From positions 39,020,509 to 39,081,505 of the forward strand of contig NC_068998.1 of NCBI RefSeq assembly GCF_001194135.2: a DNA stretch of 60,997 nucleotides, in the 5' to 3' direction. The position numbers and the translations under genes are program-made. Below are positions 25,803 to 37,686 of this stretch, piece by piece; within the stretch, counting starts at the first letter, position 1, and each line of letters opens with the position of its first letter. The stretch comes from Octopus bimaculoides (taxonomy: Eukaryota). The notes under the pieces were generated by a model. The model had not been told where the DNA came from. It worked only from the letters and a program-made list of their open reading frames with translations, and made no database searches.

Positions 25803-26060
25803 AATGGTATTGAAAAGTTCCTGGCTTTGGGTAAAAGAAAATACAAAATTTTATTCAACATATTCACTTCTCAGATTCACACACTTATTACAGTGTTCCT
25901 TCAGTTTTTCTAATCTCTGTAAAAGAAATCGGAAGGTCAGGCCTCCAACCAGGCCTTTTGCAGCCAGGAATTTTTCTGCACCCTCGCATATCTAGGATAA
26001 ATCAGCTGCAATGAATCCCACTTTTCTAAAAACTTGAATTTGAACTCAGCAATTCAAATT
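25803..26060 (-). mobile_element. Mariner 3'-end remnant
   Basis: Minus-strand AAKAWLEA*PSDFF...LEKLKEHCNKCVNLRSEYVE* followed by TIR-like tgaaaagttcctggct. Sister copy at 54295-54480. Confidence 0.65.
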
Positions 26061-26656
26061 CATGAACCATAAGTCGATATTAGTGTTGGTATTAGGAGGC
26101 TATATTCTGCTAGGTGGACTGGGCTATTTAAGAGTTACCTAACAGAGCCACATTGACACAATGCAATATTAGTGGTAGAATATAAACTGTTCATCTTTTG
26201 TCTATTGTCATGTACTCTAATGTATTTAACCCACCTTGCTCTTGATAATTATGTGCTGTGAATGAATGAAGCATAACTATGCTAGACTAAAAAATTGATA
26301 CGTCTTAAATGTATCCATGGAAGAAGTAAATCACAAGGTCATCTTTGGGAGTTCTTTAGTCTAGGTGTGAGGGCTATACTAAAGAAGTGAACCCCCACTC
26401 TCTTTGAAACATAACAAAATTATATCATTCATGGGTCTGTCATTCTTCTGGGTTTTCACACTGCAGTCCCATAGCCCCAGCTTAAAGATGTTACTATATA
26501 GCAGACTTCAGAAATATTTAAGACCAACTGAGTCATAAGAAAAACTGAGTAGATAAGATACACAGAGCCCCAGATAAAATAAGTAGTAAGGCAGGCTTAT
26601 TTAAAATCAATGTTAAGTTAATGATGAGAGGTAATGATCAGCATTGTGGTTTAGAT

Positions 26657-26916
26657 CAGTGGTTCTCAACTGGGGTCTGCATGACCCTTAGGGGTCCATA
26701 TAAGATTTTGCTGTTAAGGTTTATGTGCAATAAATTGGTTATATTTCCACAATAAACAAAATAGTTCAACAATTTTTTTTTTATACAATTCCTAATATTT
26801 AACTGTAAAAATATAATAGCATTCTTTTTTTAAACATTGAATGGGTATGAAAGTTCCATTTGAGTAAAATACAAATCAAAGGGGTCCATAGCTAAAAAAA
26901 TTGTCGAGAACCACTG
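26657..26916. mobile_element. hAT (Charlie-type) MITE with perfect 8-bp TSD
   Basis: TIR CAGTGGTTCTC/GAGAACCACTG; TSD GTTTAGAT at 26649-26656 and 26917-26924. Confidence 0.92.
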
Positions 26917-26999
26917 GTTTAGATAACCAAAACAAACAAAATAAGCCCTACACAGAAATATGTGCCAATAAGAATTTCAATTCCCCAATTTCAACTTAC

Positions 27000-27197
27000 C
27001 AATTCCTTCTGTCTTCTTAATTCTTCATACTTCTTAATACGATGAAAAGGAGGAGTCATTGGAGGTATTTTCTCATTAAATTTGTTCTTAACGGAAGGAG
27101 TTGATCGTGGTGTGTTGAAGGAACCATTTAACTTGTTGGCAACAGCTTTTTGTCGGTTGCTGTAAATATTCCAAACTTCTAATTCTTTCTCCTTTTC
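27000..27197 (-). CDS. LCA5: Lebercilin coding exon 4
   Basis: 198 nt, phase 0/0, acceptor ttttgtgtAG, donor GTAAGT. Starts EKEKELEVWNIYSNRQ (human LCA5 EKERELDIKNIYSNRL). Confidence 0.93.
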
Positions 27198-28320
27198 CTA
27201 CACAAAATAAAAAATTCAACAGTGGAGCAATAGGAAAAAAAGTGTCTTACTCAAGGACACAACACACTGCTGGGAATCGAATTCACAACCTTACGATTTT
27301 GAGCTGAACACCCAAACTACTAAGCCATGTGCCTTCCCACTTGGTTGTAAAGCAAGCTTCTTAACCACACAGCCATACCTACGTTTTTCTCCAGTTTATT
27401 TCCAGTCTTGTTCTTGCAGATCTAGACTGGCACCAAGTTGCCAATTCACATGACTAAATCAGCTTAAAATATATGGTGGTTGATTTAATTTTCATTTTCG
27501 ATTGTATGTTATTCATGCATCTATAATGTGTGCAGACCTCATTTTCAACAAATGAAAGTCAAGTGTACACCGGATAATTCTAGAAAAGTTCTGTAGCGAC
27601 AGCTTTATAAAAAACCAAATTTGGTGTGTTGTATCAGAGAGAGTTTCACTTACCTCGCTGCAGTCACAAAACTCTGCTCTTAAGCTGTTTTAAGAGCTAC
27701 AAACTCAAACCAATGTGATTCCTCCTAATAGCTACCTTCACAGCTATAAACCAAATCAGAGTTGATGAAAAATCAACACCATACATTTTTGCAGCAATGT
27801 GTCAATCAGTAAGTTTTCAACTCCTGTGAATGTGATGTTCTTATAATATGATGCTGTCTGTTTTTCATAAAGCCTTGTACAATTGTAGCAATAAATATAT
27901 ATATAAATTGCCCCCCCCCCCCTGCTACAGATATAAAAGAGCTATCATATTTTTCAGCATCAAGGATGCTACTTTTTCTGAAAATGAAGCTTAAAAATTT
28001 ACTGTGCATCCTATAAGACTAAGGTTACATTTTTTACATTTTCATAAACCAATTTTAACCTCAGTAAAGGGTTCTCTATGCTAAGCTCACCATGTCTCCA
28101 CACTATAAAAGTTAAAGAAAATATGCAGACTAAAAGCATTCAATATATCTATATTGATCTATAGATTATTAACCACTAGCAAAACATTTTCATAAAGTAT
28201 GTGAAAGTAGTGAGATCTTGTGTTTATGGTTATTGAAGTTTGAAAATTACCAGACCAAAATTTGGGATGAGGACATCTTTAAGATCGGAGTGTCTTCGAG
28301 TTGAGAAACTTGCTACTTAC

Positions 28321-28458
28321 CAAAAGCTGCAGTTCCAACTGACCGAATTTCTCTTCCAAATTCTGTAAGGAGTTTTTCAACTTCTTGTTTTGGCTCTTCT
28401 CAATATTGATCTCGTGTTTGTGATTATTTATGAGATGTTCGGTATGGCTCTGTAAGTT
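28321..28458 (-). CDS. LCA5: Lebercilin coding exon 3
   Basis: 138 nt, phase 0/0, acceptor tttataccAG, donor GTAAGT. Reads NLQSHTEHLINNHKHEINIEKSQNKKLKNSLQNLEEKFGQLELQLL and joins in frame to EKEKEL. Confidence 0.88.
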
Positions 28459-29228
28459 CTGGTATAAATGAAGAAACAAAGTAAAAAAGTATTGAGGCAA
28501 AACAGATGTTAAAATAATATATCAGAGTGAGGAGGAAGTTATTACCATTGTTTAACCCTAAGTCAGCTCTGACCGAGCATGCTTACAATCAAAGGTGTTC
28601 CAGCCATGACCAACACAACGTTTCGTAGTACTTAAGATCATAGGGTTTGAGAGTTGACTTCTATTTTTAGAAAGTTTAATGAGTACACTGAGATGGCTCC
28701 TTCATTGCCTTGGAGATAATAGCGTAGGTGGTGATGATGATGATTATGAAGGGTCGGGAAGAGAGATCATTCATATCAATGTCAGGAATAAGATGAAGAA
28801 AATAACGATGATGAAGGAGTATTAGTTTTAGGGTGGTTGCCTTGATTAGGCTGCAGATATGAAGGATATTGATGTGTTGAAAGCAAAGATGACAGTGATA
28901 ATGGTTGAGGTGGTGGTGATGGTTGTTGTCGTGGTGGTGCAACTATTAGCAATAATGATGATGATGATGAGAAGGAAACAGTGAAATAGATGGCAGGGAG
29001 ACAATTATGATAACAGCAATAACAATGCTCCTGACAACAATAATGGTGGTGGTGGTGGTGGTGGCGGTAATGATAACTGGTGATTACAATAGCAACAGCT
29101 TTACAATACTGTATGTGATAATGATTTTTGTCATAAAAAATCTTTGACAGTTTCTCCTCCTACTCCTTACAGTTAATCAGATTCTCCAAAATGATTCCAC
29201 CACTACAACCCCCACCACCACCACCACC

Positions 29229-29510
29229 NNNNNNNNNNNNNNNNNNNNNNNNNNNNNNNNNNNNNNNNNNNNNNNNNNNNNNNNNNNNNNNNNNNNNNNN
29301 NNNNNNNNNNNNNNNNNNNNNNNNNNNNNNNNNNNNNNNNNNNNNNNNNNNNNNNNNNNNNNNNNNNNNNNNNNNNNNNNNNNNNNNNNNNNNNNNNNNN
29401 NNNNNNNNNNNNNNNNNNNNNNNNNNNNNNNNNNNNNNNNNNNNNNNNNNNNNNNNNNNNNNNNNNNNNNNNNNNNNNNNNNNNNNNNNNNNNNNNNNNN
29501 NNNNNNNNNN
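29229..29510. other. Assembly gap inside LCA5 exon 2 (other gaps: 3157-3380, 4727-5285, 14581-15278, 48524-48588)
   Basis: N runs; nearly all gap edges abut microsatellites. Confidence 0.99.
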
Positions 29511-29756
29511 TTTTGCTGTTATCAAATTTTTCGATGATTTTCGCTTGCCGCAATTCCATCCGTTTCAATAGTCGGATTTCTTCCTTCTGCTTCTCAATTT
29601 GCAGCAAGAGATCTCCATTCATATTTCTCAGTTCATTGTTGTGTAGCTTGCGTACTGATAAAATCTTTTGTTCAACATCACTAGAAGGGGTGATCCTCAA
29701 AGAAAACTTGGAAGGTCGTTTCATCTTCTGGTGGTTATGAGATTTTTTTACTATTG
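29511..29756 (-). CDS. LCA5: Lebercilin coding exon 2 (5' part; remainder lies in N-gap 29229-29510)
   Basis: Acceptor tttcattcctttAG at 29757-29758. Translation includes QKILSVRKLHNNELRN...LKRMELRQAKIIEKFDNSK, matching the lebercilin coiled-coil motif (human LCA5 KRILSARLLKINELQN...LKRLQYRQEKALNKFED). Confidence 0.92.
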
Positions 29757-29909
29757 CTAAAGGAATGAAATAATAAAAAAAAAAAAAAACGTTACTGAGA
29801 GAACAAGAAGGAAAATGAATAAACTATTTATTATGGTAGGGAAAACAACAGAGCAGAAATAAATGGAAAGAATTTAGCTTATTCATGTTATTATGACTGA
29901 TGTCAAATT

Positions 29910-30125
29910 AAGGTGGTGAACTGGCAGGTGTGTTGGCATGCCAGACAAAAAACTTAGTGGCATTTCATCTATCTTTATGTTCTGAGTTCAAATTCAATAG
30001 AGGTCAAATTTTCCCTTTATCTTTTCAAGGTTGATAAAATAAGCACCAGTTGAACAATGGGGTTGATGTAATTGACTATCCCCCTATCCCAAAATTTCAG
30101 ACCTTGTGTCTATAGTAGAAAGGAT
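29910..30125 (+). mobile_element. SINE family B
   Basis: ttaaggtggtgaactggcagg...gttctgagttcaaattc...gtctatagtagaaaggatc. Confidence 0.85.
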
Positions 30126-30560
30126 CATGACAAATATCAATGAAATAAAGATATTTGGTGACCCATGTATGTTTGAAGAAATTTGCTTTGTTCAAAAACT
30201 TACAGCGAAAATGTCAAAAACTAAGGCTGTATGAAGTACAGAGGAGAGTTGAACAAATTTCAAGTTATTTCCAGCAAATATTATATAATATAAAAGGTTT
30301 ATGTGGATATCTGAAGAAATGAACCCCATGATAACAGTTGTTTTGGAGGCAACTCACACCAAAGGTAATTTTCTCTGCTGACGTCAGCACTCAGCATACG
30401 ACAATGGTTTGGCATATATTTACATCAACAGCAAGCACTGTTTATTTATGTAAACTATCATCACTGGGTAGAACGCTCCTGCAGTATTACTGCAGAAATA
30501 AGATCACACAACAGCATAAGCCAAACAAATAGCATACACTGGCTTAACAAAACATCTTCA

Positions 30561-30677
<117 letters not shown>

Positions 30678-30989
30678 TTACTTTGGCACATTCTTCTTTT
30701 TTTAAAGCAAGTACACAGCAAGTGTAGAATTACGTCAACTGCTGGCATGAGGTTAAATTCATTCGAACATGTTTAAGAAGTTTCCTAGCCACATGGTTTA
30801 TTGGTTGTCACATTGTGTGGAATTTTGAGTAAGTGTCTTCTTCTATAGCTGCAAAATTATCAAAGCCTTGTTAGCAGATTCAGTAGATGGAAACAGAAAG
30901 AAGCCAACCATATAAATATATATGTGTGAAATATGATCTTTAGTTGCATATGATTATATATGCATGTGTGAAATATATTTGAAGCCTTA

Positions 30990-31340
30990 TGGAGGTGATG
31001 ACAAGTCACCGAAACTTCTGGTGATTTGCTGTGTTTGAGAAGACATGTCAAGCTGAGTGAATCGTGATCATGGCCAGTGTTGGTGGCACGTAGGAGGCAC
31101 TTGAGCTGGTGACATTTAAAAGGCACCTTTGCAGGTGATATGTAAAAGGCACCCATGCCAGTGACACATAAAAAGCATCCGGTACACTCTGTAAAGTGAT
31201 TGGTGGTAGGAAGGATATCCAGTCATAGAAACCAACCCAAAACAGACTGGAGCCTGGTGTAGCTCTCTGGCTTATGAGCCTCAGGCAAACAGTCTCACCC
31301 ATACCAGAACGGAAAACGGATGTTAAATGATGATGATGAT
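30990..31340 (+). mobile_element. RTE LINE 3' end with (GAT)n tail
   Basis: ggtggtaggaaggatatccagtc...ggaaaacggatgttaaatgatgatgat. Confidence 0.75.
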
Positions 31341-31434
31341 GTGTATATGAATGTGATTTTGAGTGTGCATGTGTGTTTTTGCCATCTTGTCTTGACATTG
31401 CATGATTATTATAAACAAGATTATTATAAACATA

Positions 31435-31850
31435 GGCGCAGGAGTGGGTGTGTGGTAAGTAGCTTGCTTACAAACCACATGGTTCTGGGTTCAGTCCCAC
31501 TGTGTAGCACCTTGGGCAAGTGTCTTCTACTATAACCTCAGGCCAAACAAATCCTTGTGAGTGGATTTGGTAGATGGAAACTGAAAGAAGCCCGTTGTAT
31601 ATATGTATGCATATATACATGTGTGTGTGTGTGTATATGTTTATGTGTCTGTGTTTGTCCCCCCAACATCGCTTGACAACCGATGCTGTTGTGTTTACAT
31701 CCCCGTAACTTAGCGGTTTGGCAAAAGAGACCGATAGAATAAGTACTAGGCTTACAAAGAATAAGTCCTGGGGTCGATTTGCTCGACTAAAGGCGGTGCT
31801 CCAGCATGACCACAGTCAAATGACTGAAACAAGTAAAAGAGTATAAGAGT
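31435..31850 (+). mobile_element. SINE family A, full length
   Basis: aggcgcaggagtgggtgtgtgg...ggttcagtccc...gactgaaacaagtaaaagag. Confidence 0.9.
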
Positions 31851-32689
31851 ATGTATCACTGACATGTGTGTTTTGTGTAAAATTAAATTCTGGGAGATCA
31901 CACAGCTGATACTCAGAGGTTTACCTTCTTACTTTGCACAGCAATGAAAAGCAGAAATATGAAATGCAACAATGTGGTATCTCAGATTTTAATGAATATA
32001 TAAAACCATCTATATTTATTGAGCACCTTTTTTGTCATACTTGTAAACACAAACATACAAACATGCTCATGTACAAAAATAACTCCTTATTATTACCAGC
32101 AATGCACAGCCCCAAAAATACTTCAGTATTGAAATGTGTAAATACATGTAAAGTTGCCACATGAATTCAACACTTCAATTTTTTATGAAATACCTTACAG
32201 AAAAGATGTATGAATAAATTAGCTGGATGCAGTTTAATGTTTTACAAGTTTATTCATCTACATCAGGGGTATATATTCCAGGGGTACTAGGTGTGCACTG
32301 CACACCCATCGAAAATGGCAAACTCATTATAAATATTAACCTTATTCATTAATTTAATCACAAATCATAATGGAAAACTTTTGTTATACCCCTACTTGAA
32401 ATTTGGTGGCAATGGGTGTCCTGAAATAACACTGCACACCTCACAGCACATTGTATCATAATATGGTACTGGTCGTATTATAGAATAATGGGAAGATGGC
32501 AAAAAATTAACAAAGGGTGTGTGACAGCTTAGACAGTATGGTCGCATGTTTGTTTTCATGGCGAGAAGTTGTATGTTTAAATTAATTTAAAATTCCTTTA
32601 CATGAAACTGTTAGTCATAGTATGGTCAGTGTGGCAGCACACTCAATGACAAAAACCACCAGATGCCACTGATCTACATCACTATATAC

Positions 32690-32914
32690 TTTTATTCTTT
32701 TATTTGTTTCAGTCATTTGACTGTGGCCATGCTGGAGTACCGCCTTTAGTCGAGCAAATCGACCCCAGGACTTATTCTTCGTAAGCCTAGTACTTATTCT
32801 ATCGGTCTCTCTTGCCAAGCCACTAAGTGATGGGATGTAAACACACCAGCATCGGTTGTCAAGTAATGTTGGGGGGGACAGACACAGACACACAAACATA
32901 TACATACACACACA

Positions 32915-32946
<32 letters not shown>

Positions 32947-33121
32947 TATATACATATATACGACAAGCTTCTTTTAGTGTCCGTCTACCAAATCCACTCA
33001 CAAGGCTTTGGTTGGCCTGAGGCTAGAGTAGAAGACACTTGCCCAAGGTGCCATGCAGTGGGACTGAACCCAGAACCATGTGGTTGGTAAGTAAGCTACT
33101 TACCACACAGCCACTCCTGCA
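32690..33121 (-). mobile_element. SINE family A, full length (inverted relative to 31435-31850)
   Basis: Reverse complement of the family A consensus. Confidence 0.9.
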
Positions 33122-33309
33122 CCTATATACATAAAAGTAATAAAATTTTATTATCATTATTTATTTAATAGTGTTAAAAGGACAGTCATTTCAATTTTTC
33201 TTTCGTATCTTTGTGCACAGTCCTTAACTATTCTAGCATGTTGATTATCTAACACTCTTATTTAGTGGAAATCTTGTTGATGACTTAATTAAAACCCATG
33301 TTACATTGA

Positions 33310-33667
33310 TAGACTGACAATGAATGGTTTGATGCTGAATATTCTTAGACTGAACCGATGCCTTATTCCCAAACAACTCAACAAACTGAAATAAAATGTT
33401 TTGCCCAGAAACACAACAAAAAATACCAACAACAGGTTTGAACATGTGAACTCTGAGGAAGTAGTACAAAGCTTTCATCACCACCGTCACATCCATATTA
33501 ATCACCATTACCACCACTAATACCACATCAAAGTCAGGCAACTGGTCAAGAGTGTTCCTCAGGTCTCTATAGCAATAGAGGGAATAGAAAGGTTGGTAGC
33601 AGAAGTGGTGGTGGTGGTAATTCAATGATTTAAGTTGTCAACAAAGAAGCTTTTATTTGTATTATTT
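33310..33667 (+). repeat. Direct repeat copy 1 (about 360 bp)
   Basis: Closely similar to 34933-35308. Confidence 0.9.
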
Positions 33668-33949
33668 AACACTGAAAGGGTTTAGTCAGCATTATTTTTT
33701 TCCCTTCTGTTTGAATCTTTCCCAAAACAATATAGGATTATTAAATAACCTGTATAAGGGAATACAATATCTTTTCTCTTTGTTTCCATATATTGATATT
33801 ACCTTACATATATTGCCTAACTTCCCATCTGCATTGCCCAAAGGTTTTTTCCAAAGATACATTTACATGCATTGCAATGCCACAAGCAGACTATAATACT
33901 CTTTAATCATTAGCTACTTTCAAACCAGGCTGCAAATTATTATTCCTTG

Positions 33950-34560
33950 CTAAGTAAGTTTTATTCACCATTCATTTCCAAAACAAACTGGCTTCATCAA
34001 TATTTATAATTTGTTCATCAACATAAATCCCATTTCCAATAATTTTTTTATCAGTTCAACAGGATATCTAGTTACTGTACCACCATCTGCATTTGCATTT
34101 TCCTATAATGTTATTGATTTCAAATCATTTCCTAAACCTGTTGGACCATCCAAAACTTCCAGAAATTGTTTTGCTAATTTTTCCAACAGTTTCATTTTCT
34201 TTCATTTTTTTTTTTGAACAGCTGCTAACAGACCAACGATCATTGTTTTGATAGCCATTTGACTTAAAGGAATATCCATTTATCATTGCAATCTTCGATC
34301 CAAATTAGCAAGAGATGTTCCATTTCAATCATTGCAATGCTTCTGTTTCTTATTGTTTGGAAATTCAATGATGAAGCAACACTGTCTCTATAGTCTTTAT
34401 AAAGCTTCATGCTCTGAATAATATTACAAGTTGTTGATTCATTGATAGCATGGTCTTGGCCTAGTTTAGCTTTGGTAGCATCACTTCCATGTTTTGTTAT
34501 TCATTGATAATTTTATTTCCAATCCTGTAACTTTGTTCTTCTCATTAGAACTGAACTGGA
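33950..34560 (-). mobile_element. Decayed Tigger/pogo-family transposase fragment
   Basis: MEHLLLIWIEDCN...IPLSQMAIK (CENP-B-type HTH), SFGWSNRFRK, DEQIINIDEASLFWK (first DDE motif). Confidence 0.75.
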
Positions 34561-34644
34561 GCTGCTCAACAACAACAACAGCAGCGACGACGACAACAAC
34601 GAAAACAACAAATACCATAAGAACTAGAATTTAGATCCAATAAT

Positions 34645-34920
34645 TTTTTCTACTATAGGCATGAAGCCTGAAGTTTGAGGAGAGAGAGGGACAGTTGATT
34701 GCACTGACTCCAGTGATTGACTGGAGTTCAACTTTGGTCAGCTTTGATTTTCATGCTTTCAGAGTCAATAAAGTACCAGTGATTGACCGGTACTTTATTG
34801 ACCCTGAAAGGACGAAAGGCAAAATTGACCTCAGCAGCATTTCAACTCAGAATGTAAAGCAGGAAGAAATGCTGTTAAGCATTTCACCTTGTACACTAAT
34901 GATTCTGTCAGCTCACTGGA
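34645..34920 (-). mobile_element. SINE family B
   Basis: Family B consensus, reverse strand. Confidence 0.8.
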
Positions 34921-34932
34921 TGGATTAAGATG

Positions 34933-35308
34933 ACAGACTGACAATGAATGGTTTGATGCTGAATATTCTTAGACTGAACTGATGCCTTATTCCCAAACAA
35001 CTCAATGAACTGAAATAAAGTGTTTTGCTCAGAAACAACAAAAAATACTAACAGCAGGTTTGAACATGTGGACTCTGAGAAAGTAGTACAAAGCTTTCAC
35101 CACCACTGTCACCCCCACATCCACATTAATCACCATTACCGCCACTAATACCACATTAAAACCAGGCAACTGGTCAAGAGTGTTCCTCAGGTCTCTATAG
35201 CAATAGATGGAATAGAAAGATTGGTAGTAGAAGTGGTGGTGGTGGTGGTGGAGGAGGTGATTCAATAATTTAAGCTGTCAACAAAGAATCTTTTATTTGT
35301 ATTATTTA
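34933..35308 (+). repeat. Direct repeat copy 2
   Basis: Closely similar to 33310-33667. Confidence 0.9.
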
Positions 35309-35699
35309 CCAAAGCGTCAAAATTTGGGAATGAAGTGTAAGGTAAGAGTGAAAGAGAGAGAGAGAAGGAAAAGAGTGAGAAAGAGAGTTCAATTTATTGA
35401 AGCTTATGGCAAGTTGAAGCAACAAATGTCAGCTTCACAGGTTTTATTTATTAATGTGTGATGTGTGTACGTGTGTATTTACTTAACAATTTACAATCAT
35501 TATTTTCCCATTGTCATGGGTGGGATGAGTTTGTTAATTTAATTATTTATGAATGAATTGTTGGAGAGCTAGTATTAAAGCTAGATGCACTTTCTGTTAT
35601 TGTTGTCCAGTAAGAATGAAACATGTTATACTGAGTCACGTAAGATTATTTATTTTGCCTGAGCACACAACTTTAGGAATTGAAACTCAATGTGGTTGG

Positions 35700-36115
35700 G
35701 TACTCAGAGGAAGTGAGATACTGAGGGTGACAGGAAGAAGTGAGGCAGAATGTAGGCGACAGGAGGAAATGAGACAATATGGGTGACAGATCAAGGTGAG
35801 AGAGTATAAGTGACAAGCTGAAGTGAGTCCCTGTGTGCTGACAAGAGGAAGTAACACACAATAGGTGACAAAAGGAAATGATAAAATGAGACACTGTCTG
35901 GGTAACAAGAGAATGAGAGACTGTGGATGATATGGGGAAAGTGAGACACTTTGTGTGGCAGGAGCAAGATAGACACAATGTGAGTTGACAAACAATGGTA
36001 AGACACTATGTGGGAACCTAGAGAAAACAAGACACAATATGACTGACAGGAGAAAATGAGACACTGAGTGGAACGACAGGATAAAGTGAGACAGATTGGT
36101 GACAGGAGAAAATGA
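35700..36115. repeat. Degenerate ~28-30 bp minisatellite
   Basis: Recurring aatgagacactRtgtgggtgacaggagaa units. Confidence 0.7.
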
Positions 36116-36124
36116 AGCTTATTC

Positions 36125-36620
36125 TTTTATCTTTTAATTGTTTTAGTCATTAGACTGCGGCCATACTGGGGCACTACCTTGAAGAACTTTTAGTTGAATG
36201 AATTGACCTCATGGCTTATTTCTTTTAAAGCTTGGTACTTACTCTATTGGTCTCTTCTGCCAAACTGCTAAGTTATGGGGACATAAACACACCAACACTG
36301 GTTGTCAAGATGTGATGGGGGAACAAAAACAGACACACACACAAATACACACACACACACACACATAATAGAATTCTTTCAGTTTCTGTCTACCAAATTT
36401 TGGCACAAGGCCAGCAAGTTTGGAGGAGGGTGTAAGTTGATTACCTCAACCCCAGTACTCAACTGGTACTTATTTCATCGACCACAATGAACTGGCATTT
36501 ATTTTATCGACCCCAATGGGAGGAAAGGCAAAGTTGACCTCAGAAATGTAAAGATGGATGAAATGCTGCTAAGCATTTTGCCTGGCGTGCTAATGATTCT
36601 TCCAGCTCACAGCCTTAGAG
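36125..36620 (-). mobile_element. SINE family A 3' part followed by SINE family B
   Basis: Matches to both family consensus sequences. Confidence 0.75.
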
Positions 36621-36799
36621 CTGAAGAAGTATTGCAAGACATTTTCATAATGCACTAATGAGCCTGATAGGATTCCAATATTTGGTTGATTGGTACGTTA
36701 TTTCATGAGGGACAAATGGCAAAGCTGACCTCAGAGGGATGAACAGCAAAGTTGACTCAACAAGATTTGAACTCAGAGTGAAGGACTGTATCTATATAA

Positions 36800-37270
36800 C
36801 ACATGGCGGCATGTGGTTTAGTAGTTAGGGGTGTTGGATTCATGATTGTCAGATTGTGGTTTCAATTCCTGGACTGGGTGATACACTGTGTTCTTGAGAG
36901 TAAAATATTTCATTTTACGTTGCTCAGCTGGCAAAGATGAGTAATCTTGCGACAGATTGGTGTCTCATCCAGAGGGGAATATATAGGCCAGAGAAACTGG
37001 GAAACCAGTTTCATGAGTCTATGTAACTCAAGAAGGAGCTATGGTGACATGTGGCTCAGTGGTTAGGGTGTTGGACTCCTGATTGTAAGATTGTGGTTTC
37101 GATATCTGGACTTGGCGACATGTTGTGGTTCTTGAACAAAACACTTCAATTTCCATTACTTCAGTCCACCCAGCTGGCAAAAGTGAGTAATTCTGAAATG
37201 GACCGGTGTCCCATCCAGGGAGGAATTTATGCACCATGGAAACCAGGAAACTGACCCTATGAGTATATAT
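36800..37270 (+). mobile_element. Two tandem tRNA-derived SINEs (family C-like)
   Basis: tggctcagtggttagggtgttggactc...ggtttcgatatc...cagtccacccagctgg...tgtcccatccaggg, repeated twice. Confidence 0.75.
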
Positions 37271-37468
37271 GATTTGGAAGAAATCCTGTATCCATTTTTT
37301 TTTTTTAATTATATAACACAAGGAATTTTTAGTAAGATGCTTTAACAACTCTTGGCAGATGAAATAAAAATAAAAATGAATAAATAAATAAAAAAATGGC
37401 AAAGAATTGGCAAAAAAAAAAATCAAGCAAGCATGAAGAACAGATTCTTCAAAGGGGAACAAACTAAC

Positions 37469-37622
37469 TTTTCCTTGCTGATGACTGTTTTGTATGTACA
37501 GTTACCTCACTTTCAGCATCTGACTCAAAGCATTCACTATAGTTGTCAGGCTTTTCAGATGGAGATGCACGTAACACCTCGTTTTCCTCAGATGACTGAG
37601 AAGCACTCGAAGAGTCACTCAT
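37469..37622 (-). CDS. LCA5: Lebercilin (LCA5-family) coding exon 1
   Basis: ATG at 37622 with an in-frame TGA two codons upstream. Reads MSDSSSASQSSEENEVLRASPSEKPDNYSECFESDAESEVTVHTKQSSARK+1 nt, then donor GTTAGT at 37468. Phase 1 matches the phase-1 acceptor at 29756. The exon probably starts at the strong polypyrimidine/TAG acceptor at 37752, leaving 130 nt of 5'UTR. Confidence 0.7.
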
Positions 37623-37686
37623 ATTTCAGGCAGCAAAACATGAAAAGAACTCCAAAAGGAAGTTTTATGCAGATATTTTGGTGCAT
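37615..37686 (-). CDS. Upstream ORF (23 aa) overlapping the LCA5 start codon
   Basis: ATG 37686 and in-frame ATG 37641. Reads MHQNICIKLPFGVLFMFCCLKYE*, out of frame with LCA5, with its stop (TGA 37617-37615) just inside the main ORF. Confidence 0.45.
   Translation of the reverse strand: MHQNICIKLPFGVLFMFCCLKYE

Noticed and set aside
33950-34560. Possible extra LCA5 exon in intron 1
   Set aside because: Translates to Tigger transposase motifs with stops; exon 1 and exon 2 already join in phase.
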